Assembly: GCA_041497115.1 (NCBI GenBank)
Contig: JBGQFW010000006.1
Coordinates: 5,698-69,697, forward strand
DNA length: 64,000 nt
Reading direction: 5' to 3'
Source: Candidatus Methylomirabilia bacterium
GTDB taxonomy: Bacteria > Methylomirabilota > Methylomirabilia > Rokubacteriales > CSP1-6
Shown: one piece after another, positions 12,798 through 21,601 of the stretch
Position numbering within the stretch: the first letter of the stretch is position 1
Layout of the letters: every line of letters starts with the position of its first letter
The notes under the pieces: generated by a model
Database searches by the model: none
What the model was told of the DNA's origin: nothing
The model's input: the letters and a program-made list of their open reading frames with translations, nothing else
Made by a program: the position numbers and the translations under genes

Positions 12798-13688
12798 ATG
12801 AGCCAGACGACGTTCCAGGGATCGCTCGTCGCGTTGGTCACCCCGTTCCGCAACGGTCAGGTGGACGAGGCGAAGGTGCGCGAGCTCGTGGAGTTCCACG
12901 TCGCCAACGGCACCGACGGCCTGATCCCGTGCGGGACGACCGGCGAGTCGCCGACCCTCTCCCACGACGAGCACAAGCGCGTCGTCGAGGTCGTCGTGGA
13001 CGCCGCGCGCAAGCGCATTCCGGTCATCGCCGGCACCGGCTCGAACTCCACCGCCGAGGCGATCGACCTCACGCGCCACGCCGAGCGGGCGGGCGCCAGC
13101 GGCGCGCTCGTCGTCAACCCGTACTACAACAAACCCACGCAGGACGGCCTCTACCGTCACTTCCGCGCGGTGGCGGAGTCGGTGGCGATCCCGATCCTCG
13201 CCTACAACATCCAGAGCCGCACCGCCGTCAACGTCGAGACGGCGACGCTGGCGCGGCTGGCCCGCGACTGCCGCAACCTCGTCGGCGTCAAGGAAGCCTC
13301 CGGCAGCCTCGACCAGATGAGCCAGGTGATCGCCGCCTGCGGCCCGAACTTCGCGGTGCTGTCGGGCGACGACAACATCACGCTGGCGCTGCTGGCCATC
13401 GGCGGCCACGGCGTCGTCTCGGTCATCGCCAACATCGTCCCCCGCGAGACCGCCGACATGGTGCACGCCGCGCTGGAGGGCGACTTCAAGCGCGCCCGCG
13501 AGCTCCACTACCGGCTCTTCCCGCTGGCGCGGGCCGCCTTCCTGGAGACGAACCCCATCCCGATCAAGGAAGCGATGGCGATGGCCGGGATGCTGGAGCC
13601 GGAGTTCCGGCTGCCGATGTGCCGGATGAGCGACGCGAACCGCGAGACCCTGCGCGGCATTCTCCGGCAGTACGCGCTCGTCAAGTAG
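12798..13688 (+). CDS. dapA: 4-hydroxy-tetrahydrodipicolinate synthase
   Basis: 296 aa, with GSLVALVTPF, GLIPCGTTGESPTLS and YNKPTQ. Confidence 0.95.
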   Translation: MSQTTFQGSLVALVTPFRNGQVDEAKVRELVEFHVANGTDGLIPCGTTGESPTLSHDEHKRVVEVVVDAARKRIPVIAGTGSNSTAEAIDLTRHAERAGASGALVVNPYYNKPTQDGLYRHFRAVAESVAIPILAYNIQSRTAVNVETATLARLARDCRNLVGVKEASGSLDQMSQVIAACGPNFAVLSGDDNITLALLAIGGHGVVSVIANIVPRETADMVHAALEGDFKRARELHYRLFPLARAAFLETNPIPIKEAMAMAGMLEPEFRLPMCRMSDANRETLRGILRQYALVK

Positions 13689-13706
13689 CCCCCGAGGCGG
13701 TCCACC

Positions 13707-14552
13707 ATGACGGCCGATTCGCCGACCGTCGGGCGCGAAGGCGCCCCGACGGTCAATCTGGTCATCGCCGGAGCCGCCGGCCGCATGGGCAGCCGCATCG
13801 TCGCCCTCGCCGGTGAGCGCGCGGACGTCACCGTCGTCGCCGCGCTGGAGGCGCCCGGCCATCCCGCGCTCGGCCGCGACGCCGGCGAGGTGGCCGGCGC
13901 CGGCCGCCTCGGCGTGGCGCTCGGCGCCGACGCTGCCGGCACGCTCACCCGCGACCGTGTTCTCGTCGAGTTCTCCGTGCCGGAGGCGACGCTCGCCCAC
14001 CTGCGGCTGGTGGCCGCCGCCGGCGCCCGCGCCGTGATCGGCACCACCGGGTTCTCCGCCGCCCAGCGCGAGGAGATCGCCGGCCTCGCCCGCCGCGCGG
14101 CGATCATGCTGGCGCCCAACATGTCGGTCGCGGTGACGCTGGCCTTCACGCTGCTGCCGCTCATGGCCCGGGCGCTCGGCGACGACTACGACGTCGAGAT
14201 CACCGAGATCCACCACCGCTTCAAGAAGGACGCGCCGAGCGGCACCGCGCTGCGCATGGCAGAGGTCATCGCCGCCGCGCTCGGCCGCGACCTGGGCAAG
14301 GTGGGCGTCTACGGGCGCGAGGGGCTGCCGGGCGAGCGCCCGCGCCAGGAGATCGCGGTCATGTCGCTGCGCTCGGGCGACGTGGTGGGCGAGCACACGG
14401 TCTCGTTCGGCGCGCTCGGCGAGCGGCTGGAGCTGACGCACCGGGCCCACACCCGCGACACCTTCGGCCGCGGCGCGCTGCGGGCCGCCCGCTGGATCAC
14501 CGGTCAGCCCCCCGGCCTCTACGACATGGCCGACGTCCTCGGGCTCGGCTGA
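13707..14552 (+). CDS. dapB: 4-hydroxy-tetrahydrodipicolinate reductase
   Basis: 281 aa, with VIAGAAGRMG, IGTTGF and EITEIHHRFKKDAPSGTA. Confidence 0.95.
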   Translation: MTADSPTVGREGAPTVNLVIAGAAGRMGSRIVALAGERADVTVVAALEAPGHPALGRDAGEVAGAGRLGVALGADAAGTLTRDRVLVEFSVPEATLAHLRLVAAAGARAVIGTTGFSAAQREEIAGLARRAAIMLAPNMSVAVTLAFTLLPLMARALGDDYDVEITEIHHRFKKDAPSGTALRMAEVIAAALGRDLGKVGVYGREGLPGERPRQEIAVMSLRSGDVVGEHTVSFGALGERLELTHRAHTRDTFGRGALRAARWITGQPPGLYDMADVLGLG

Positions 14553-14555
14553 GCC

Positions 14556-14810
14556 GTGCAGATCGTCCGCTTCCGCATCGACGGCCGCACGCGCTACGGG
14601 GCGCTCGACGGCGCGGTGGTGGTGGAGTACGGGGGCACGCCGTGGAGCCTCTTCCGCCGCGGGCGCCGCCGCCACCCGCTCCGCCAGGTCGTGCGGCTGG
14701 CGCCGGTGCTGCCCGGGAAGATCGTCGCCGTCGGCCTCAACCACCGCGACCACGCGCTGGCGCGGGGGCGCGACGTGCCCGCCGAGCCGCGGCTGTTCGT
14801 CAGGCTCTGA
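14556..14810 (+). pseudogene. fumarylacetoacetate hydrolase (FAH)-family N-terminal remnant
   Basis: The 84-aa ORF matches only the N-terminal part of FAH-family proteins (KIVAVGLNHRDHA...PAEPRLFVRL). It stops where the catalytic domain should begin. folB starts at the stop codon. Confidence 0.55.
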
Positions 14811-15169
14811 TGGCGGACAGGCTCCTCCTCGAGGACGTGCGCTTCTACGGCCACCACGGCGTGAGCAAGGCCGAGCAGACGGTCGGCGTCTGGTTCTCGG
14901 TGGACGCCGAGCTGGCGGTGGACCTGGCGCCGGCCGCGGTGTCCGACGAGCTCAGCGCCACCGTGGACTACGGCGCGGTGGCCCGGCGCATCGTGGAGAT
15001 CGGCACGCAGGGACGCGTGAACCTGATCGAGCGGCTGGCCGGGCTGATCGCCCAGGCGCTGCTGCGCGAGTTCCCCGCCCGCGAGGTGCGGGTGCGCGTA
15101 CGCAAGCTCACGCCGCCGCTCGCCGGCCTCGTCGGCACGCCCGCCGTCGAGCTGGTGCGGAGCCGCTGA
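14810..15169 (+). CDS. folB: dihydroneopterin aldolase
   Basis: 119 aa, with LEDVRFYGHHGVSKAEQ and TVDYGAV motifs. The start overlaps the upstream stop by 1 nt. Confidence 0.85.
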   Translation: MADRLLLEDVRFYGHHGVSKAEQTVGVWFSVDAELAVDLAPAAVSDELSATVDYGAVARRIVEIGTQGRVNLIERLAGLIAQALLREFPAREVRVRVRKLTPPLAGLVGTPAVELVRSR

Positions 15170-15717
15170 TGACCCGCGCCTACCTCTCGCTCGGCTCCAA
15201 CCTCGGCGATCGCCTGGCCCTGCTGCGGGCGGCGGTGGCGGAGCTGCGAGAGCGCGACGTCGCCGTGGTGGCCGTCTCGCCGCTCTACGAGTCGGAGCCG
15301 TGGGAGGAGGAGCCGGGCCAGACGGAGACCGAGCGGTCGTGGTTCCTCAACTGCGTCGTGGAGGTGGAGACGGCGCTGCCGCCGCGCGCGCTGCTCGACC
15401 GCGCGCAGGCCGTCGAGGCGGCGCTCGGCCGCGCGCGGCTGCCCGGGCTCACGCCGGAGGCGCGGCGCTTCACGCCGCGCACGGTGGACATCGACATCAT
15501 CTTCTACGGCAACGCGGTGATCAGCGCCCCCGACGACCTGCACGTGCCGCACCTGCTGGCCGCCGAGCGGGGCTTCGTGCTCCGCCCGCTCGCCGACCTC
15601 GCGCCCGAGCTCACGCACCCCACCCTCTACCGCCCGGTGCGCGAGCTGCTGGCCGAGCTGGCCGACGAGCACGAGGTGCGGCGCGGCGCCTATCCCGACG
15701 ACTGGCTGGCGGGCTGA
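15169..15717 (+). CDS. folK: 2-amino-4-hydroxy-6-hydroxymethyldihydropteridine diphosphokinase
   Basis: 182 aa, with AYLSLGSNLGDR, SPLYESEPW, TVDIDIIFYG and HPTL. Confidence 0.9.
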   Translation: MTRAYLSLGSNLGDRLALLRAAVAELRERDVAVVAVSPLYESEPWEEEPGQTETERSWFLNCVVEVETALPPRALLDRAQAVEAALGRARLPGLTPEARRFTPRTVDIDIIFYGNAVISAPDDLHVPHLLAAERGFVLRPLADLAPELTHPTLYRPVRELLAELADEHEVRRGAYPDDWLAG

Positions 15718-15718
15718 G

Positions 15719-16231
15719 ATGGCCGACACCGAATTCCAGCGTCAGGCCCTCGCCCATCTCGACGCCCTGCACAACTTCGCGATGTACCTGTCCAAGCGGC
15801 CGGCGGACGCGGAGGACCTGGTTCAGGAAACGTACTTGCGGGCCTTCCGGTTCTCCCACCGCTTCCAGCCGGGAACCCATCTGCGCGCCTGGTTGTTCCA
15901 AATCCTGAGAAACACGTTCCTGACGTTCTATCGGGTCCGCGAGCGGGAGGCCCCCGTCGCGGAGGACGGGGTCCCCGAGTGGGACCCGCCCATGTTCCAC
16001 GACGTCCCGGAAGACGACGGCGCCGCGATGGACGCCCACACCGATCTCGAGCGGGCGATGCGCCGCCTGCCGGAGGAGTTTCGCACGGTGCTGCTGCTCG
16101 CCGAGGTCGAGGGATTGCCGCTCGAGGAGGTGGCCCGCGTGATGGTCTGCCCGGTGGGCACGGTCAAGTCGCGGATCTTCCGGGCCAAGGAGCGTTTGCG
16201 GGGCATGCTCCGCGACTACGAAAGCAAATGA
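15719..16231 (+). CDS. ECF-type RNA polymerase sigma factor
   Basis: 170 aa. Region 2 (DLVQETYLRAF, LRAWLFQILRN) and region 4 (EFRTVLLLAEVEGLPLEEVARVMVCPVGTVKSRIFRAKERL) are both present. Confidence 0.9.
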   Translation: MADTEFQRQALAHLDALHNFAMYLSKRPADAEDLVQETYLRAFRFSHRFQPGTHLRAWLFQILRNTFLTFYRVREREAPVAEDGVPEWDPPMFHDVPEDDGAAMDAHTDLERAMRRLPEEFRTVLLLAEVEGLPLEEVARVMVCPVGTVKSRIFRAKERLRGMLRDYESK

Positions 16232-16926
16232 GCGACCGCTTCGACGAGCCCTCGGACGAGACGCTGGGACGCCGGCTGGCCGGCGAGCTGCCGCGCTACG
16301 CGGCGCCCGCGCGGCTGCGCGTCACCATCGTGGAGGCGGCCCCGCGTCCGCGGCGGCCGATGTGGCTGGTACCGCTGGTCGCGGCGGCGGCGACCGCGAT
16401 GCTGCTGGCGCTGGTCGCCCTGCCGGTGATCCCGCGCATCGTGCCCGCCGATCCCGTCCAGCGCTACGTGCGCGCCGTCGTCAGCGAGCACGCGCGCACG
16501 GTCATGTGGGGCGCCCGTCACGGCGAGGTGCTGCCGGCCGCCCTGCCCTGGCTCACGCAGGAGACGGGCATCGGCCTCACCCAGGTGTTCGTGGGCGACG
16601 ACCGCCTCGAGCTGGTGGCCGCCGAGCCCGTGTACCTCGAGCGGCAGCGCGGCGTCGCCATCCACTACCGCGATCCCGACGGCCACATGCTCACCTACAT
16701 CGCGCTGCCGGCCCTCGGCCTCTCCGTGCCCGAGCGCGAGCGCGTGCAGATCGACCGCTACCGGCCGGCGCTCCTGCGCGACAGCGGCTTCGCCGCCCTG
16801 GTGTGGAAGCACGGCGACGTCGCCTGCTTCCTCGTGTCGGATATGGTCTCGGCCGACGACGTCGAGCGCTTCAAGGAATACTTCGTCCGCGTCCGTACGA
16901 CGACCGAGCCGGTTCAGGCCTACTAG
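16228..16926 (+). CDS. single-pass membrane protein coupled to the ECF sigma (putative anti-sigma factor)
   Basis: ATG at 16228 overlaps the sigma-factor stop (ATGA). 232 aa, with one TM helix (WLVPLVAAAATAMLLALVAL). The cytoplasmic part is only ~44 aa and has no HxxxCxxC motif. Confidence 0.55.
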   Translation: MSDRFDEPSDETLGRRLAGELPRYAAPARLRVTIVEAAPRPRRPMWLVPLVAAAATAMLLALVALPVIPRIVPADPVQRYVRAVVSEHARTVMWGARHGEVLPAALPWLTQETGIGLTQVFVGDDRLELVAAEPVYLERQRGVAIHYRDPDGHMLTYIALPALGLSVPERERVQIDRYRPALLRDSGFAALVWKHGDVACFLVSDMVSADDVERFKEYFVRVRTTTEPVQAY

Positions 16927-16946
16927 CTTCTCGCGCGCCTTTCTGC

Positions 16947-17095
16947 GCGGGGCCGCGAGGCCGGGGGGCGGGGGCGTGCCGCCGTTCGGCGTGAGACCAG
17001 CGTGTGCGGCGTTTTCGGTTTGGTGAAATCGTAGGCCAGCCCTTACCCGATCGAAGCCAACGTACCTGCGGCACGCCCCCGCCCCCCGGCCCCGC
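16947..17095. repeat. Long GC-rich hairpin E3 (24-nt perfect inverted arms around an 85-nt loop)
   Basis: 16959-16982 (GGCCGGGGGGCGGGGGCGTGCCGC) is the exact reverse complement of 17068-17091. The hairpin sits between convergent 3' ends. Its loop shares GACCAnnG..GCGGCGT and TTGG..GTGAAA strings with E1/E2. Confidence 0.7.
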
Positions 17096-17204
17096 TGACC
17101 GTCACCGAGAGCGAGTGAGAACCTAGAGACAAACCCGCTCGACGGCGGGGGGTGGCGATGAATTCGTCGAGCGGCGGACGTGGCGTCGGGCGGTCTGCCT
17201 TTGG

Positions 17205-17702
17205 TCAGCGGTGGGAGAGGATGAGGTCGCAGAGCTCGCGGATGGCGCCGTGGCCGGCGCGGGCGCGGGTGACGTAGACGGCGGCGCGGCGGACGGCGGG
17301 GACGGCGTCGGCCACCGCGACGGGCAGGCCGATCGCACGCATCGCGGGGAGATCGCCGACGTCGTCGCCGACGTAGCAGACCTGAGCGGGGGTCAGGCGG
17401 TGGCGGGCGAGGAGCGCGGCGACCACCGCGGCCTTGTCGGTGACGTTCTGATGGACCTCGGCGACGCCGAGGTCGCGGGCGCGGCGGGTGACGATCGTCG
17501 TCTGCTTGCGCGTGACGAGCGCCACCAGGAGGCCGGCCTCCCGCAGCAGCACCAGCCCCTGCCCGTCGCGCACGTCGAAGCGCTTGAGCTCGTCGCCGTT
17601 CTCCGCGTAGTAGAGACCGCCGTCCGTCAGCACGCCGTCCACGTCGGTGACGAGCGCGCGGACGGCCGCCCACCGCGGGCGGCGGCGGCCGGCGGGGCTC
17701 AC
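17205..17702 (-). CDS. KdsC-type HAD-IIIA sugar-acid phosphate phosphatase
   Basis: GTG at 17702 overlaps the upstream stop (GTGA). 165 aa, with LVTDVDGVLTDG, KRF.VRDG, DK and YVGDDVGDLP motifs. Confidence 0.8.
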   Translation of the reverse strand: MSPAGRRRPRWAAVRALVTDVDGVLTDGGLYYAENGDELKRFDVRDGQGLVLLREAGLLVALVTRKQTTIVTRRARDLGVAEVHQNVTDKAAVVAALLARHRLTPAQVCYVGDDVGDLPAMRAIGLPVAVADAVPAVRRAAVYVTRARAGHGAIRELCDLILSHR

Positions 17703-18973
17703 GCGGGCGCGCACGGGTCGGCCGACACCCGGTCGCCGGCGAGCGCGAACGGCAGCGCCATGAAGACGGCCGCGACGAGCACCACCTCGGTGTCGCCGAC
17801 GTTGTATTCGAAGAGGCCCGCGACGACGAACGTCACCAGCGCCGCCAGCGAGCCCAGCACCAGCGCGCGGTCGTCGGCGGCGTCCGCCGGCAGCCGCCGC
17901 CGGATGGCGAGCCCCCGCCGAAAGAACGCCACGAGGACCCAGAGCCAGGCGGCCAGCCCCGGCACGCCGAGGGCGAGCGCCAGCTGCAGCGGCGTGTTGT
18001 GCACGTGGCTGGTCTGCCGGCGCATCGCCTCGGGCGGCGCGATCGTGGGGTACACGTGACGGAGCTGGCCGGGGCCGATGCCCGTGAGCGGGTGCTCGCC
18101 GGCCAGCCGCAGCCCCACCTCCATCATCGCCATCCGGTCGCGCACGGTGTCGTTGGTGGGATCCCCGATCGAGGCGACGCGGTCGCGCACGGTGGGCAGC
18201 GCCGCGACGAGGACGCCGCCCAGCAGGAGCAGCGCGGCGGCGATGGCGAGGCCGCGGCGGCCGAGGCCGGCGACCGCGGCAAGCGCGCCGGCGGCGAAGC
18301 CGATCCAGGCGCCGCGCACGTAGGTGAGCATCAGCGCGGTCGCGCTCACGAGCCACGCCGGCCCCAGCCAGCGCAGGTCCCCGCCGAGGCGGGCCAGCCG
18401 GGGCAGCGCGGCGGTCACGCTCATCGCGAGCGCACCGGCCAGCGTCATGTAGATGCTGAAGAAGCCGCGGGCGCGCGCGCACTTGCGCGTGAACCTCCAG
18501 AGCGGAGAGATCGCCGGCGCGTAGTAGTCGGGGCCCGGGCACACGCCCACCTGCACGATGCCCACGACGGCCGCGCCGGCCAGCGCCAGCACGAGCCAGG
18601 TGGTGAAGCGCCGCGCCGCGCCGGGGTCGGGAAGCGCGGCCACCAGCACGAAGATCGCGGCGAAATTCAGGACGGTGCGGGCCTCGATGAGGCTCTCGAC
18701 TGGGCGCGCCGAGGCGAGCGCGGCGACGGCCGTCCACGCCGCGAGCGCCGCCAGCGGCGGCAGCAGCGGCCAGCGCAGCGGGGCCAGCCGCCCCATGGCG
18801 CGCGCCACCAGCACCCACACCGCCAGCGCCCCGAGCGCGATCTGCGCCAGCGAGATCGATCCCGCCACGCCGATGGCGAACGCCACCAGCAGGCCGACGC
18901 GCGCGCGCTCGAGCCGGCCGGCGGGCGCCCCGGTGCCGGCGGCGATCAGCGGCTGCCGCAGGTCGGCGTCCAC
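17699..18973 (-). CDS. O-antigen ligase/polymerase-family (Wzy_C) polytopic membrane protein
   Basis: 424 aa and about 10-12 TM helices. A loop with SRGAWIGF... and HVHNTPLQLALALGVPG is typical of the Wzy_C domain. Confidence 0.75.
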   Translation of the reverse strand: MDADLRQPLIAAGTGAPAGRLERARVGLLVAFAIGVAGSISLAQIALGALAVWVLVARAMGRLAPLRWPLLPPLAALAAWTAVAALASARPVESLIEARTVLNFAAIFVLVAALPDPGAARRFTTWLVLALAGAAVVGIVQVGVCPGPDYYAPAISPLWRFTRKCARARGFFSIYMTLAGALAMSVTAALPRLARLGGDLRWLGPAWLVSATALMLTYVRGAWIGFAAGALAAVAGLGRRGLAIAAALLLLGGVLVAALPTVRDRVASIGDPTNDTVRDRMAMMEVGLRLAGEHPLTGIGPGQLRHVYPTIAPPEAMRRQTSHVHNTPLQLALALGVPGLAAWLWVLVAFFRRGLAIRRRLPADAADDRALVLGSLAALVTFVVAGLFEYNVGDTEVVLVAAVFMALPFALAGDRVSADPCAPA

Positions 18974-18974
18974 G

Positions 18975-20363
18975 CTAGTACGCGTTGCGATTGCCGAAGC
19001 CGAGCCAGAGCGTCTGCACCAGGATCTTGAGGTCGAAGCCGATGGACCAGCGCGCGATGTAGTCGAGGTCGTACTCGATGCGCTTCTCGATCGACGTGTT
19101 GCCGCGCCAGCCGTTGATCTGCGCCCAGCCGGTGATCCCCGCCTTCACCTTGTGGCGCAGCATGTAGCCGGGCACGCGGCGGCGGAAATCCTCGACGAAG
19201 CTCGGCCGCTCGGGCCGCGGCCCCACCAGGCTCATGTCGCCGCGCAGGACGTTGACGAGCTGGGGCAGCTCGTCGAGGCTGGAGCGGCGCAGGAACGCGC
19301 CGAGCGGCGTGCGGCGCGGATCGTCGGGCGTCGCCCACCGCGGGCCGGTGGCCGCCTCGGCGTCCACGCGCATGGTGCGGAACTTGAGCATGCGGAAGCG
19401 GCGGCCGTCGAGCCCCATGCGCTCCTGGCCGTAGAGCACCGGCCGGCCGGAGGTCAGCGCGATGGCGGCGGCGACGACGGCCATGACCGGCAGCGCCACC
19501 AGCAGGGCGGCGGCGCCGAGGCCGAGGTCGAACATCCGCTTGAGCACCTGGTTCCAGCCGTAGAGCGGCGACTCGCGCAGGTGGATGAACGGCACCGACT
19601 CGAACTCCTCGACGCCGCCGCGCAGCGAGGCGAGGCTGAAGAGGTCGGGGACGAAGTGGATGTCGACCGGCTCGTCGCCGATCTCGTTCAGCACGGCGCT
19701 GATGCGCGGATAGTCGCTGTGCGGCAGCGCGATGATGACGATGTCCACCGGCCGCGTGGCCAGCACCGTGCGGATCTCCTCGATGCCGCCGAGCCAGCGC
19801 ACGCCGGCGCCCTCGCCGTCCCGCTTGTCGCTCAGCAGGCCGAGCACCTGGATGCCGGTGTCGGGCCGCCGGCGCAGCACGCGCAGCACCTCGGCCGCCG
19901 GCTCGCCGCCGCCGACCACGACGGCGTAGCGCTGGTTGTACCCGCGGCGGCGGGCCACCCGGAGGATCTCGCGGAAGACGGCGCGCGAGAGGCTGGCGGT
20001 GACGATCGACGCGACCCAGAAGGTGCCGATGACGATGCGCGAGTAGTCGTACGACCGGAACGCGAAGGTCATGGTCGAGATCAGGACCAGCACGCCGAGG
20101 GTGGAGGCCTTGGTGATGTCGAACCACTCCGACAGGTGCGAGCCGAGCCGGTGCGGCCGGTAGAGGTCGAACGCCCGGTAGGCGATGCCCCACACGACGA
20201 GGATGGGCAGCAGCTGGAGCGCGTAGCCGCTGAACAGCGGGATGTCGCCGTGGCCGAACACGTGGAAGCGGAGGAGGTAGGCGGCCACCCAGCAGCCGAC
20301 GACCAGCGCCATGTCCGTCGCGAACGCCAGGTGCTCGAAGAGCCGCGAGTGCGCCTTCAGCAC
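18975..20363 (-). CDS. polyprenyl-phosphate hexose-1-phosphate transferase (WcaJ/WbaP-type initiating transferase)
   Basis: 462 aa from GTG at 20363 (alternative ATG at 20312). It has N-terminal TM helices, a Rossmann-like linker and a C-terminal sugar-transferase domain (KRMFD, MLKFRTM, DELPQLVNVLRGDMSLVGPRP). The rest of the 1108-aa tracked ORF is read-through. Confidence 0.9.
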   Translation of the reverse strand: MLKAHSRLFEHLAFATDMALVVGCWVAAYLLRFHVFGHGDIPLFSGYALQLLPILVVWGIAYRAFDLYRPHRLGSHLSEWFDITKASTLGVLVLISTMTFAFRSYDYSRIVIGTFWVASIVTASLSRAVFREILRVARRRGYNQRYAVVVGGGEPAAEVLRVLRRRPDTGIQVLGLLSDKRDGEGAGVRWLGGIEEIRTVLATRPVDIVIIALPHSDYPRISAVLNEIGDEPVDIHFVPDLFSLASLRGGVEEFESVPFIHLRESPLYGWNQVLKRMFDLGLGAAALLVALPVMAVVAAAIALTSGRPVLYGQERMGLDGRRFRMLKFRTMRVDAEAATGPRWATPDDPRRTPLGAFLRRSSLDELPQLVNVLRGDMSLVGPRPERPSFVEDFRRRVPGYMLRHKVKAGITGWAQINGWRGNTSIEKRIEYDLDYIARWSIGFDLKILVQTLWLGFGNRNAY

Positions 20364-21550
20364 AGCCGCCGCGCCTGGAACTCGCCGAAGCGCCCCTCGA
20401 CGTACTCGCGGATGCGCCGGGCGAAGATCGGCCGGTCGAAGCGGGCGGCCCGGGCCCGCAGGGCGGCCGGCTGGAAGCGATCGGTGGAGGCCTCGTACAC
20501 GGCCATCGCGGCGGCCAGCGCCTCCACCGTCTGCTCGCCGAAGAACACCGCGGTGGGCGGCTCGGCGCCGCCGAGCCCCACCATCGTCTCCAGCGCGCCG
20601 CCGCGGGCCAGCGCGATCGTGGGCCGACCGGCCGCTGCCGCCTCCAGCGGCACGATGCCGAAGTCCTCCACCGACGGGAAGAGCACGGCCCGGCAGCGCG
20701 CGTAGAGGTGGGCCACCTCGGCGTCCGGCCGCCAGCCGAGGAACGTCACGCCGGGCCCGGCCATCGCGCGCAGCCGCGCCTCCTCGGGGCCGCGGCCGAC
20801 GATGACGAGCCTCCGTCCGAGCCGCCCGGCCGCGGCGATGGCGAGGTCCACGCGCTTGTACGGCACCAGCGCCGAGACGACCAGGTAGGCGTCGTCGAGG
20901 TCGGCGCTGGGGCGGAAGCGCGCGAGGTCCACCGGCGGATGGATGACGTCGGCCGTGCGCCCGTAGACGCGGCGGATCCGGTCGGCGATGTGCTGCGAGA
21001 TCGCCACGAAGTCGTCCACGCCGGCGGTGCGGCGGTCCCAGCGCCGGAGCGCGGCCGCCGCCGGCGGCAGCGCCAGCCGGGTGAGCCAGCCGCCGCCGCG
21101 CGCGTAGTCCTCCTCGAGGTCCCAGACGTAGCGCATCGGCGTGAAGCAGTAGCAGAGGTGCAGCGCGTCCGGCGGCACGCGCACCGCCTTGGCCACGCAG
21201 TGGCTGAGCGAGAGCACCACGTCGAAGCCGCGCAGCGCGAAGCCGCGCACGGCGGCGGGGAACAACGGCAGGTACTGCCGGTAGCGCGCAGCGGCGGCGG
21301 GCAGCCGCTGCACGAACGAGGTCACGATGCGGTGGCGCTCGATCGTGGGGCTCACGCTGCCGCGCACGTGCAGCAGCGTGAACACCGGCGCGTCGGGGAA
21401 CAGCTCGCAGAAGACCTCGAGGCAGCGCTCGCCGCCCCGCATGCCGGTGAGCCAGTCGTGGACGAGGGCGACGCGGGGCCGCGCGGCCGGGACGAGCGCG
21501 GACCCCCGCTCGCTCAGTGCGAGCGAGCCGGCCGGCGCGATCGCCACCAC
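20357..21550 (-). CDS. glycosyltransferase family 4
   Basis: 397 aa. It carries VALVHDWLTGMRGGERCLE and a C-terminal E..G..PLEA motif (FPSVEDFGIVPLEAAAAGRP). Confidence 0.8.
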   Translation of the reverse strand: MVAIAPAGSLALSERGSALVPAARPRVALVHDWLTGMRGGERCLEVFCELFPDAPVFTLLHVRGSVSPTIERHRIVTSFVQRLPAAAARYRQYLPLFPAAVRGFALRGFDVVLSLSHCVAKAVRVPPDALHLCYCFTPMRYVWDLEEDYARGGGWLTRLALPPAAAALRRWDRRTAGVDDFVAISQHIADRIRRVYGRTADVIHPPVDLARFRPSADLDDAYLVVSALVPYKRVDLAIAAAGRLGRRLVIVGRGPEEARLRAMAGPGVTFLGWRPDAEVAHLYARCRAVLFPSVEDFGIVPLEAAAAGRPTIALARGGALETMVGLGGAEPPTAVFFGEQTVEALAAAMAVYEASTDRFQPAALRARAARFDRPIFARRIREYVEGRFGEFQARRLC

Positions 21551-21601
21551 TCGGCGCCGTCGGAGCGGGTGGGCCGCGAGCGTCGCATGCCGGGTATGGT
21601 A

